From IMG/VR virus record IMGVR_UViG_2651869749_000015: 21,928 bases of DNA. The stretch is one strand, 5' to 3'. Made by a program: the position numbers and the translations under genes. The notes below the pieces were generated by a model. The model searched no databases and was not told where the DNA came from. It saw only the letters and a program-made list of their open reading frames with translations. Positions 7,573 to 15,187 of this stretch are shown piece after piece (position 1 is the stretch's first letter; each line of letters opens with the position of its first letter). Source of the stretch: a virus. Its lineage: Duplodnaviria; Heunggongvirae; Uroviricota; Caudoviricetes.

Positions 7573-8397
7573 TCAGGCGGTGAAAGTACCAATAAAGGTT
7601 TCTACTTTGCTGTCTTTGAATTTCTCAACAAGCAGATCACGAAATTCGTTAGCCATTTCTTCCTGCACTGCTTCCAGCTGAATAATGCGCAGAACCAGTA
7701 CAGGACGATCGCCAGTGATAATGCTGAGGCGTAATTTAAATGGACGTTCTTTCAGACCTTCAAACGGAACGCATTTAAATTCAAATGCCACTGGCATAAT
7801 ATCTTTGGTCTTCGCTTCGACAGACTCCATCAGGGAGCGTTTGCCGCTGAAGTCATTATCTTCAAAATCAGCGGTCTGGTTTGCTTCAATCGTGATTTTA
7901 CGGACAGCCGCAGCCGCTTTTGTTGCCTGAATAGCGTCACCATTAGCATCAAAGCCCACAAGGTAGTCGGCCCAGTCTTCAATCCATTCTGCCAGTGACT
8001 TCTGGGAGTTACGCTCGCCATTAACAGACAACAGAGCAGAAAACGGTGCTGTCTTTTTTAGCTTGAGAGTGGCGGTGTTATCTGCGTGACCTGGTTCATC
8101 AATAGTACCCAGGTTAAGCACACTGACGGCACGCATATTATCGGCATCGATAAAGCAGCGGGTGCCTTCATCTGCAAGATCTTTAGAATAACGGGTAAAG
8201 TCATCGATGCTGGCAGTGGAAAGCGCACCACGGAAACGGAAGCGATTTAAATTAAATTTTTCCAGATCATGAATGCGGAAATTCTCAGGCAATGCCACAG
8301 CATCGGCACCAATCTTACTGATAATTTCATTAACACCCTGAGCAGAAATAAGGGCATGGATTTGATTAATTGCGGTTGCGTCTAAGTTCTGAGACAT
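7573..8397 (-). CDS. yfdQ: DUF2303-family phage protein (YfdQ-like)
   Basis: 274 aa [24 protein letters not shown]..., which I recognise as the YfdQ-type protein of KplE1/CPS-53-like prophages (from memory). It sits in the conserved position between the YfdP-like and YfdR-like genes. Confidence 0.7.
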   Translation of the reverse strand: MSQNLDATAINQIHALISAQGVNEIISKIGADAVALPENFRIHDLEKFNLNRFRFRGALSTASIDDFTRYSKDLADEGTRCFIDADNMRAVSVLNLGTIDEPGHADNTATLKLKKTAPFSALLSVNGERNSQKSLAEWIEDWADYLVGFDANGDAIQATKAAAAVRKITIEANQTADFEDNDFSGKRSLMESVEAKTKDIMPVAFEFKCVPFEGLKERPFKLRLSIITGDRPVLVLRIIQLEAVQEEMANEFRDLLVEKFKDSKVETFIGTFTA

Positions 8398-8461
8398 AAT
8401 AAGTCCTCACTATATAAAGATATTCAGTGATGAGATAAATAATCAGTTTATTAATAACGTA

Positions 8462-8824
8462 TTAATGACCTGCTGCGCGGAGTTTTCCGTCAGGTTCACC
8501 GGCAAGAGTCAGTAATTGTCCCTGGTCTTCCTGCAGAATAGTCAGGCGACCACCGCGATTGACATACATCGGCGTTTCGGTGGTGTCTTCTTCGGAAATT
8601 TTCCCGCGGTTAGTCGGGCGAACATATGAGAGTTTGTGTTTGATTTTCACACGGTTCTCATCAAATGGTTCGATTTCCAGGTTGAGTGAGACCTTACCTT
8701 TGGTTTTCGTGTTCATCACACCTGAAGCGACTTCACTGAGAACTGCGCCGATTTTGGTTTCAAATACGCCGCCGTCCAGCTCCCCGATAAATGCCTGCAC
8801 ATCAGTACTGCGTTCGCTAGCCAT
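8462..8824 (-). CDS. yfdP: Small early-left operon protein (YfdP-like), first gene of the leftward operon
   Basis: The six-frame ORF runs to 9055, but its first 77 codons are low-complexity. A 120 aa product starts at the ATG at 8824 (MASERSTDVQAFIGELDGG...) with a strong SD GAGGAG 6 nt upstream. Confidence 0.6.
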   Translation of the reverse strand: MASERSTDVQAFIGELDGGVFETKIGAVLSEVASGVMNTKTKGKVSLNLEIEPFDENRVKIKHKLSYVRPTNRGKISEEDTTETPMYVNRGGRLTILQEDQGQLLTLAGEPDGKLRAAGH

Positions 8825-9432
8825 TTTGCTGCTCCTCATCATATCGACCCTGCAAGGTCGGTTGGTTTCTCCACAAAACAGAGAAGAACACCTGCGGTGG
8901 CAGCCGCCCGGGTGGATTGGGTTATGAGCCCGTCGTCCGGTGATGCTCTTCTCTGTTTTGTAAAAAGAGCGGTACCAGCCGGAAGCAAGTGTACAAACTG
9001 GTACCGCCAAAGCAGTGGCTGTTGTGGTGGGCTTGTCACTTAAGCGTATGGTCAACCTGACAACCCGGTGTCCTCAACGGGGAAGGAATAACCCCGCCAT
9101 ACTTACCGCCGCGCCATTTCGCGGATTACCACAACGCTGAGAGCACTTAGCCAGTTACGGCACCACACTTTGTCGCGGTTCCATAAATGCCCTCATCGTT
9201 GCACCCTGGTCTCTTCCCAGGCGTCAAACCGAATCGCCACGCTGGTTAGGCGTCTTATCAGCATCCTCATTGACTTGCACATTCCGGCTACCTGGTTTGT
9301 TTGCCCGAGCAAGGAGTGGATTGTCCCCTTTAACGTCCCCAGACCGCTAACGACGCATGTGCCATACGCCGTGTTACAACCAAATTTTGTTAGTACCTTG
9401 TTTGTAGGTCTGGAAAGAAAGATAAAATGAAG

Positions 9433-9471
9433 TTGCGCATTATGCAAGTGTTTTTATTGCGAGATATGCAA
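9433..9471 (-). promoter_or_regulatory. Putative left operator/promoter (oL-pL): two 15-bp TTGCG-N6-GCAA palindrome-like sites
   Basis: TTGCGCATTATGCAA (9433-9447) and TTGCGAGATATGCAA (9457-9471) share half-sites with TTGCGCGTTAAGCAA (10241-10255) on the other side of cI. Confidence 0.4.
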
Positions 9472-9480
9472 TTTGGTGGG

Positions 9481-9505
9481 TAATGAAAAGCCACCTTCTG
9501 GTGGC
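9481..9505 (-). terminator. Intrinsic terminator downstream of the repressor gene
   Basis: GCCACC-ttct-GGTGGC hairpin (9490-9505), followed on the minus strand by TTTTCATTA, 22 nt after the cI stop. Confidence 0.5.
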
Positions 9506-9527
9506 TAATTGATGTTGAGGTAGGGGG

Positions 9528-10220
9528 TTAATTGTGTCGCTTAAGGGTTTGTGACTGACTGATTAAGACCTTTCCAAAGACCATAAACCGATGTTCGTTT
9601 TCGCTGGTAATTCCCCATTCGCGGTAAATCTGATTATCAGAAATTACCAGCAGTTTATCAGGTATCATTTGCAGTCGTTTGACGTAAATTTTATCATCAA
9701 AACCAAATACATATATACCATCCCCATCAAACTGATTGATACTGATATCAACGAAGATGAGATCTCCTGGCTCAATGGTTGGACACATACTGTCCCCACG
9801 AACGTTGATAACTTTAATGTGATTTGCTGGTCGTCCACCAAACATCGATACAGCATTATCAGTTCTGTATTCAATGGCATGAATCACATCAATGACATCA
9901 CCGCCCTGGATAAGGCCATTTCCCGCACTGGCACTGACATCCAGCATTTCAATACGGAATACATCCTTCACCTGCGCAACATCCTCACTAATACTGTTTT
10001 TACATACAGTATTACTTTTGAGGTCTGAGGTAAAGAGATCAGCAATATCAACACCTAAGCTCCTGGCAATATTACTCAGGGCTTGTTCAGTGAATTGTTT
10101 CTGCTTACCTGTTTCGAGGCGCGAGATATTCGCCGCATCCACTCCTATTGCTTCAGCGAGATCGGCGATTTTCATGTTCTTCGCCTGGCGAAGTTGTCTG
10201 ACTCGATTTCCTATGTTCAT
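9528..10220 (-). CDS. cI: CI-type prophage repressor, LexA-like autocleavable (N-terminal HTH plus C-terminal S24 peptidase domain)
   Basis: 230 aa. HTH in MKIADLAEAIGVDAANISRLETGK; A-G cleavage-site-like SASAGNG; Ser nucleophile in VRGDSMCPT and Lys in IYVKRLQ. Divergent to cro. Confidence 0.9.
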   Translation of the reverse strand: MNIGNRVRQLRQAKNMKIADLAEAIGVDAANISRLETGKQKQFTEQALSNIARSLGVDIADLFTSDLKSNTVCKNSISEDVAQVKDVFRIEMLDVSASAGNGLIQGGDVIDVIHAIEYRTDNAVSMFGGRPANHIKVINVRGDSMCPTIEPGDLIFVDISINQFDGDGIYVFGFDDKIYVKRLQMIPDKLLVISDNQIYREWGITSENEHRFMVFGKVLISQSQTLKRHN

Positions 10221-10317
10221 GCGTTTATTACATTTCTTTATTGCGCGTTAAGCAAATCAACTTGCGCAAAATATTTGCGTGAAATAATATGCTCATCACG
10301 CAATATGTGGAGGTTAT
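10221..10317. promoter_or_regulatory. Immunity-region divergent promoter/operator (oR with pR and pRM-like elements)
   Basis: Operator-like TTGCGCGTTAAGCAA at 10241-10255 and near-palindrome CGCAAAATATTTGCG at 10265-10279. Candidate pR: TTGCGC (10262-10267), 17 nt, TAATAT (10285-10290), then SD GGAGG and the cro start. On the minus strand a TTGCTT-17 nt-TGTAAT arrangement ends 6 nt before the cI ATG, which would give a near-leaderless cI transcript. Confidence 0.45.
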
Positions 10318-10578
10318 ATGCAATCACCATTACGGAATGTGCGTAAGGCGCACGGATTTACTTTGCAGCATGTTGCTGCGGGCGTTCAGGTCAATCCAGC
10401 GACGCTGAGTCGTATTGAAAGACTGGAACAAATTCCATCTATCGAGCTTGCAGAACGTCTGGCCAATTTTTTTAAGGGAGAAATCAGCGAAATGCAGATT
10501 CTCTATCCTGCACGCTTTCAATCTAGTCAAAACCGGAATGAGTTAAAACCACAGGAACAGGAGGTAAGCCGTGGGTAA
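10318..10578 (+). CDS. cro: Cro-like HTH transcriptional regulator
   Basis: 86 aa, XRE-type HTH (FTLQHVAAGVQVNPATLSRIERLEQ). GGAGG SD. Divergent from cI across the operator region. Confidence 0.8.
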   Translation: MQSPLRNVRKAHGFTLQHVAAGVQVNPATLSRIERLEQIPSIELAERLANFFKGEISEMQILYPARFQSSQNRNELKPQEQEVSRG

Positions 10579-11122
10579 GCATCACTGGAAAGTGGAAAAA
10601 CAGCCTGAGTGGTACGTGAAAGCTGTCAGAAAAACTATCGCGGTGTTGCCGGGGGGTTACGCTGAAGCTGCTGAGTGGCTGGATGTAACAGAGAACGCTT
10701 TATTCAACCGCCTTCGTGCCGATGGCGATCAGTTTTTTCCGTTGGGATGGGCAATGGTTTTACAGCGTGCGGCTGGTACTCACCACATTGCGGATGCTGT
10801 CGCACAGTCTGCTGGTGGGGTGTTTGTATCACTTCCAGAAATTGAGGAAGTAGAGAACGCCGATATAAACCAGCGCCTGCTGGAAGTCATCGAACAGATC
10901 GGGAGTTACTCAAAGCAGATTCGTTCGGCAATCGAAGATGGGGTAGTGGAGCCACACGAGCAGACAGCAATTAATGATGAGTTGTATCTGTCAATTTCGA
11001 AGCTCCAGGAGCATGCAGCACTGGTCTACAAAATCTTCTGCGCTCCAGAAAAGAGTAACGCCCGCGAGTGTGCAGCTCCGGGCGTCGTGGCGTTTTGTGT
11101 CTGTGGAGAAACTAACGCATGA
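10571..11122 (+). CDS. CII-like regulatory protein (phage 186 CII / CP76-like family)
   Basis: 183 aa. GTG start with AGGAGG upstream, overlapping the cro stop. The pattern ...ALFNRLRADGDQFFPLGWAMVLQRAAG... resembles the 186-CII/CP76-type regulators as I recall them. Confidence 0.5.
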   Translation: MGKHHWKVEKQPEWYVKAVRKTIAVLPGGYAEAAEWLDVTENALFNRLRADGDQFFPLGWAMVLQRAAGTHHIADAVAQSAGGVFVSLPEIEEVENADINQRLLEVIEQIGSYSKQIRSAIEDGVVEPHEQTAINDELYLSISKLQEHAALVYKIFCAPEKSNARECAAPGVVAFCVCGETNA

Positions 11123-12279
11123 ACAGTTTAACGGCAAATAACCGTTTGTCGCAACAGCTGGTGGTCAGTGTCGCTGCACACCTGTTGTTACGGCATGAAT
11201 GCAGATTACCAAATCACCTGGCTGTAAGTAACCACAGAGAACTTTACCTGACTGTGGGGGGCGAGTTGTGCAGGAACTTAACCGCTGGTTTCGTGACGGA
11301 AGAGGACTTTATGTTCATGTTATTCGTTGGGAGCCAGAAACACAGCGCGTTATCTATCTTCGCAAAGACTACCCGCATGAGTGCTTTAGTCCTTTGTGGA
11401 AATTCAGGCGTGATTTTGTTGAGTGTGAAGGACCACCAGCATATTGATTCTGCAATTCCGGGACGTTACACTGTTCAGGCACCTTATAAAGCGGGTGCCG
11501 GGATTGGCGTCCTGAAATTGTCAACGGCGATGTATGACGCGCCAGCGTCTTTTTTATCGTCCGCATTTGCTCACATCCAGATTATGGTGGGCTGGGCGGG
11601 GGCACCGAAAGGTGCGCCGGTCTCCGTTGACGCCGGTTACGCCAACCCCGTCCAGTTCACCACCAGTGAAATTGGCGTTTCCGGTGGTGGAAGTTTTTCA
11701 CTGTCAACGGAGGCTGCCATCATGGCTACGATCCAAGCCCTCACTCAACCTGAAATCACCATTGACAACGGCCAGGCCGTTACCACTTCTTTGGCTGTTG
11801 CCAACTTCTTCTCCAAGCGTCACGACGATGTGCTGAAAAAGATCCGCACTCTGGATTGTTCCCCTGAGTTTTGTGCCCGCAATTTTGCGGAGACATCGAT
11901 TTCGGTAAATCAACCGAACGGTGGTACACGCAAGCTCCCTTGCTATCAAATCACACGAGACGGTTTTGCGTTTCTTGCTATGGGTTTCACGGGTAAACGT
12001 GCTGCCCGATTCAAAGAGGCATACATCAATGCCTTTAACCAGATGGAAAAACTGCTTTCAAAGCCATCCACGCTGAGCGATGCCGCAGATAACGCCAGCG
12101 TGCTTTACTCCCACCTGTCGGTAATCCACAAGGTCTGGCTGCAGCAGCTTTATCCTATGTTGGCAAAAGCTGAATCTCCGCTGGCTGTTAGCTTATATGA
12201 TTATATTAATGATGCTTCGGCGCTGGCCTGCCTCATAAATTTGTCGCTGAACCCTTCAGAGGTAAGGGGGCGCAAATGA
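11119..12279 (+). CDS. Rha-family phage regulatory protein (Rha domain in the C-terminal half; N-terminal ~200 codons of the long ORF are doubtful)
   Basis: The pRha signature ITIDNGQAVTTSLAVANFFSKRHDDVLKKIRTL...YQITRDGFAFLAMGFTGKRAARFKEAYINAFNQMEKLL starts at an internal ATG at 11722 with GGAGG 9 nt upstream. The upstream part of the 386-codon ORF has an off-frame-like composition (see findings). Confidence 0.6.
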   Translation: MNSLTANNRLSQQLVVSVAAHLLLRHECRLPNHLAVSNHRELYLTVGGELCRNLTAGFVTEEDFMFMLFVGSQKHSALSIFAKTTRMSALVLCGNSGVILLSVKDHQHIDSAIPGRYTVQAPYKAGAGIGVLKLSTAMYDAPASFLSSAFAHIQIMVGWAGAPKGAPVSVDAGYANPVQFTTSEIGVSGGGSFSLSTEAAIMATIQALTQPEITIDNGQAVTTSLAVANFFSKRHDDVLKKIRTLDCSPEFCARNFAETSISVNQPNGGTRKLPCYQITRDGFAFLAMGFTGKRAARFKEAYINAFNQMEKLLSKPSTLSDAADNASVLYSHLSVIHKVWLQQLYPMLAKAESPLAVSLYDYINDASALACLINLSLNPSEVRGRK

Positions 12280-12500
12280 TCCGGAATATTTTCAAACGGT
12301 TTACCAATCAGACTTTCCGTTGTCCTCGTCCGGGTCAGTGGTACACCACACCTGCAGGGCATGTTCTACGTGTTAGCCTGGTTGACCGTGAATGTCAGAA
12401 GGTGATTTGTGAACCGCTGGGCCGTAATTACCGCGTCAGTATGCCGCTTATAGCCTTTCGCTCCGGAAAAAACATGAAGCATCTCGGAGGTGCTGCATGA
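12276..12500 (+). CDS. Hypothetical small phage protein
   Basis: 74 aa ORF, translationally coupled on both sides (ATGA overlaps with the Rha stop and with the next gene's start). Confidence 0.5.
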   Translation: MIRNIFKRFTNQTFRCPRPGQWYTTPAGHVLRVSLVDRECQKVICEPLGRNYRVSMPLIAFRSGKNMKHLGGAA

Positions 12501-13315
12501 GTATGGAGCTGATGGTTAAAGCGATGAAAATTCGAGTGGGTAATCCATTGCGAAAACTGGTTCTGATCAAGCTGGCTGATAATGCCAGCGATCAGGGGGA
12601 GTGCTGGCCCAGCTACCAGCATATTGCTGACCAGTGCGAGATTAGCAAACGTTCTGTGATGAATCATATTGCGGCCCTTTGTGAGTCCGGGCTGGTAAAA
12701 AAAGTCACCCGGAAAGGTGAAAAAGGTAACTCAAGTAATATCTATCTCCTTCATCTGGATGGTGCAGGAGATTCACTAGGGGGTAGTGCAAATAATTCAC
12801 TATCTGGCGCAGCAAATTCACCAGGTAGTGCAGGAGTTGCACCAGGGGGTAGTGCAGGAGATTCACCCAGAACCAGTCACTCTTTTGAACCAGTCAAAGA
12901 ACCAGTCAATGAACCAATAGCTGTTGGTGCATCAGTTGATGAGTCTGTGCGAGTTCGTTCAAACCGACCGGAATACTCTCCGGAGTTTGAGCAGGCATGG
13001 CTGGCATATCCCAAACGTGCTGGTGGCAATTCAAAATCTGCAGCCTTCAAAGCCTGGAAAGCCCGTTTGAATGAGGGGGTAAACCCCGAAACCATGCTGG
13101 AAGGTGTGAAACGCTACGCGGGCTGGGTATCTGCGATGGGTAACAGCGGCACACAATTTGTGAAACAGGCTGTCACGTTCTTTGGTCCGGATCGTCATTT
13201 CGAAGAATCCTGGGAAGTTCCTGCGGTATCTGCAGCCAGACGTGAGGACCCGTACTTCAAAGCCAGTTACGACAACGTGGACTACAGCCAGATCCCGGCA
13301 GGATTCAGGGGGTGA
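12497..13315 (+). CDS. Replication initiation protein (O-like: N-terminal winged-helix domain, Gly/Ser/Ala linker encoded by iterons, C-terminal domain)
   Basis: 272 aa. N-terminal wHTH-like LVLIKLADNASDQGECWPSYQHIADQCEISKRSVMNHIAALCESGLVKK. An internal tandem DNA repeat array encodes a G/S/A-rich linker, as in lambda O. GGAGG SD. Confidence 0.6.
   Translation: MSMELMVKAMKIRVGNPLRKLVLIKLADNASDQGECWPSYQHIADQCEISKRSVMNHIAALCESGLVKKVTRKGEKGNSSNIYLLHLDGAGDSLGGSANNSLSGAANSPGSAGVAPGGSAGDSPRTSHSFEPVKEPVNEPIAVGASVDESVRVRSNRPEYSPEFEQAWLAYPKRAGGNSKSAAFKAWKARLNEGVNPETMLEGVKRYAGWVSAMGNSGTQFVKQAVTFFGPDRHFEESWEVPAVSAARREDPYFKASYDNVDYSQIPAGFRG
12760..12866. repeat. Iteron-like direct repeats inside the replication initiator gene (putative origin of replication)
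   Basis: Five copies of a ~17 bp unit T(A/G)GTGCAGGAGATTCAC and variants, ending at 12776, 12800, 12821, 12842 and 12866 (period 21-24 bp), followed by three GAACCAGTCA repeats at 12869-12910. Confidence 0.5.
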
Positions 13316-13806
13316 TCATGAGTCTTTTGAATGAAGTTCAGAAATTCATTGAAGCCCATCCGGGGTGTACTTCCGGAGACATTGCGGATGCTTTTGCAGG
13401 TTACTCACGGCAGCGCGTTCTGCAGTATGCAAGCAAGTTACGTCAGAGTGGGCGTGTGGCTCACCGTTGTGAAGGAGATACACGCAGACATTTCCCGCGC
13501 CTGACTGAGAGAGCGCAGGAGCTGGAACCACAACCAGTTCGTGAAACCAGACCTGTGCGCAATTTCTATGTCGGCACTAACGACCCGCGGGTGATTTTGT
13601 GCCTGACCCGCCAGGCGGAAGAACTGGAGTCAAGGGGCTTATACCGTCGTGCTGCAACCGTGTGGATGGCGGCATTCCGTGAAAGCCACTCCCAGCCAGA
13701 ACGAAACAATTTTCTGGCACGTCGTGAGCGGTGCTTACGGAAAAGCAGCAAGCGCGCTGCATCGGGTGAAGAGTGGTATCTGTCAGGGAATTACGTGGGG
13801 GCTTAA
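13312..13806 (+). CDS. PerC-family-like transcriptional regulator with N-terminal wHTH-like region
   Basis: 164 aa. AEELESRGLYRRAATVWMAAF resembles the GLWRRAA...W motif I associate with PerC/Pch-type prophage regulators (from memory). Coupled to neighbouring genes. Confidence 0.4.
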   Translation: MIMSLLNEVQKFIEAHPGCTSGDIADAFAGYSRQRVLQYASKLRQSGRVAHRCEGDTRRHFPRLTERAQELEPQPVRETRPVRNFYVGTNDPRVILCLTRQAEELESRGLYRRAATVWMAAFRESHSQPERNNFLARRERCLRKSSKRAASGEEWYLSGNYVGA

Positions 13807-14459
13807 TGAGTAATAAATATTGCCGGGCGCTGGTGGAACTGCGGAACAAACCAGCCCATGAACTGAAGGAAGTGGGCGATCAGTGGCGCACGCCGGATAA
13901 CATTTTCTGGGGAATTAACACCCTGTTTGGCCCGTTTGTCCTGGATCTGTTTACTGACGGTGATAACGCCAAATGTACCGCGTATTACACGGCGGAAGAC
14001 AACGCGCTGGCGCATGACTGGTCAGAACGTCTTGCGGAGCTTAAAGGTGCTGCCTTTGGTAATCCCCCATACAGCCGCGCCAGTCAGCATGAGGGGCAAT
14101 ACATCACCGGCATGCGTTACATCATGAAACATGCCAGTGCCATGCGTGATAAAGGCGGGCGCTATGTTTTCCTGATCAAAGCTGCCACCTGCGAAGTGTG
14201 GTGGCCGGAAGATGCAGATCATATTGCTTTTATTCGCGGGCGTATTGGTTTTGAACTGCCTGCCTGGTTTATCCCGAAAGATGAGAAGCAGGTGCCGACA
14301 GGCGCTTTCTTCGCTGGTGCTATTGCTGTTTTCGACAAGACCTGGAAGGGACCGGCAATCAGCTACATCGGGCGCGATGAACTTGAGGCATGTGGTGAGG
14401 CGTTTCTGGCGCAGGTTCGCCAGCAGGCAGAAAAACTGGTCAGGGAGATGGCGGCATGA
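13806..14459 (+). CDS. Phage-type DNA N6-adenine methyltransferase (Dam-like)
   Basis: NPPY catalytic motif (AFGNPPYS). Probable start is the ATG at 13806, overlapping the upstream stop as TAATG; the six-frame ORF begins at 13773. Confidence 0.75.
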   Translation: MSNKYCRALVELRNKPAHELKEVGDQWRTPDNIFWGINTLFGPFVLDLFTDGDNAKCTAYYTAEDNALAHDWSERLAELKGAAFGNPPYSRASQHEGQYITGMRYIMKHASAMRDKGGRYVFLIKAATCEVWWPEDADHIAFIRGRIGFELPAWFIPKDEKQVPTGAFFAGAIAVFDKTWKGPAISYIGRDELEACGEAFLAQVRQQAEKLVREMAA

Positions 14460-14782
14460 CGACGTTAACTCAATGCCAGCAGCAGGTGCTGGATATGCTG
14501 ATTTCTTATCAGAAAGAACGTGGCTTCCCGCCAACCAATCAGGAGGTGGCAACCATGCTGGGATACCGTTCAGTGAATGCAGCGGTGGAGCATCTTCGCG
14601 CACTGGAGAAAAAAGGCGTCATCACGATAAAGCGTGGCGTGGCCCGGGGGATCACGCTTCATACCGCGGTGAAGGACGACGACAGCGAGGCGGTCGGGAT
14701 TATCCGCTCACTGCTTGCCGGTGAGGAAAACGCAAGGCTGCGTGCAACCCACTGGTTACATGAGAGAGGCCTGAAAGCATGA
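14456..14782 (+). CDS. LexA N-terminal DNA-binding-domain-only protein (no S24 peptidase domain)
   Basis: 108 aa. QQQVLDMLISYQKERGFPPTNQEVATMLGYRSVNAAVEHLRALEKKGVITIKRGVARGITL closely parallels the LexA winged-helix domain (...FRSPNAAEEHLKALARKGVIEI..GASRGIRL). No protease motifs downstream. Confidence 0.7.
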   Translation: MTTLTQCQQQVLDMLISYQKERGFPPTNQEVATMLGYRSVNAAVEHLRALEKKGVITIKRGVARGITLHTAVKDDDSEAVGIIRSLLAGEENARLRATHWLHERGLKA

Positions 14783-15168
14783 AGCTGATCCTGCCTTTTC
14801 CGCCCAGCGTGAACACGTACTGGCGACACCCCAACAAAGGGGCGTTTGCTGGTAAGAGCCTGATAAGCTCGGCGGGGCGAAAATTCCAGAGCGCGGCGTG
14901 CGCAGCAATAGTTGAGCAGTTACGTCGTCTGCCGAAACCAACGTCGGCACCTGCTTCAGTGGAGATCGTGTTGTTTCCTCCGGATAACCGGATCCGCGAT
15001 CTGGACAACTATAACAAGGCGCTGTTTGACGCCCTGACCCATGCGGGTGTGTGGGAAGACGACAGTCAGGTGAAAAGAATGCTGGTGGAGTGGGGACCGG
15101 TTATCCCGAAAGGGAAGGTCGAGATCACTATCAGTAAGTACGAGAAAACGGCGGGTGCAGCCGCCTGA
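14779..15168 (+). CDS. rusA: RusA-family Holliday junction resolvase
   Basis: 129 aa; MKLILPFPPSVNTYWRH...RDLDNYNKALFDALTHAGVWEDDSQV matches RusA signature residues. Confidence 0.85.
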   Translation: MKLILPFPPSVNTYWRHPNKGAFAGKSLISSAGRKFQSAACAAIVEQLRRLPKPTSAPASVEIVLFPPDNRIRDLDNYNKALFDALTHAGVWEDDSQVKRMLVEWGPVIPKGKVEITISKYEKTAGAAA

Positions 15169-15187
15169 TCAAGAGGAGAAACGAAGT

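Noticed and set aside
8825-9055. N-terminal 77 codons of the six-frame ORF 8462-9055 (minus strand)
   Set aside because: Low-complexity T/A/P/R/C-rich translation with no homology feel; a strong GAGGAG SD precedes the internal ATG at 8824, which yields the 120 aa YfdP-like product, so the upstream part is treated as untranslated leader.
9170-9447. ORFs 9170-9430 (plus) and 9193-9447 (minus) as a possible N-like antiterminator
   Set aside because: Neither has an Arg-rich N-terminal motif; the minus ORF starts inside the operator repeats; no SD; composition looks non-coding.
13773-13805. Upstream start (13773) for the Dam-like methyltransferase
   Set aside because: That start lies inside the preceding gene; the ATG at 13806 overlaps the upstream stop (TAATG) and begins the conserved N-terminus, so the shorter form is preferred.
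14022-14724. Large overlapping ORFs 14022-14603 (minus) and 14212-14724 (plus) across the Dam-like and LexA-like genes
   Set aside because: R/S/P/G-rich, off-frame-type composition; they overlap confidently assigned genes (NPPY methyltransferase, LexA winged helix) and are artefacts of GC-rich coding DNA.
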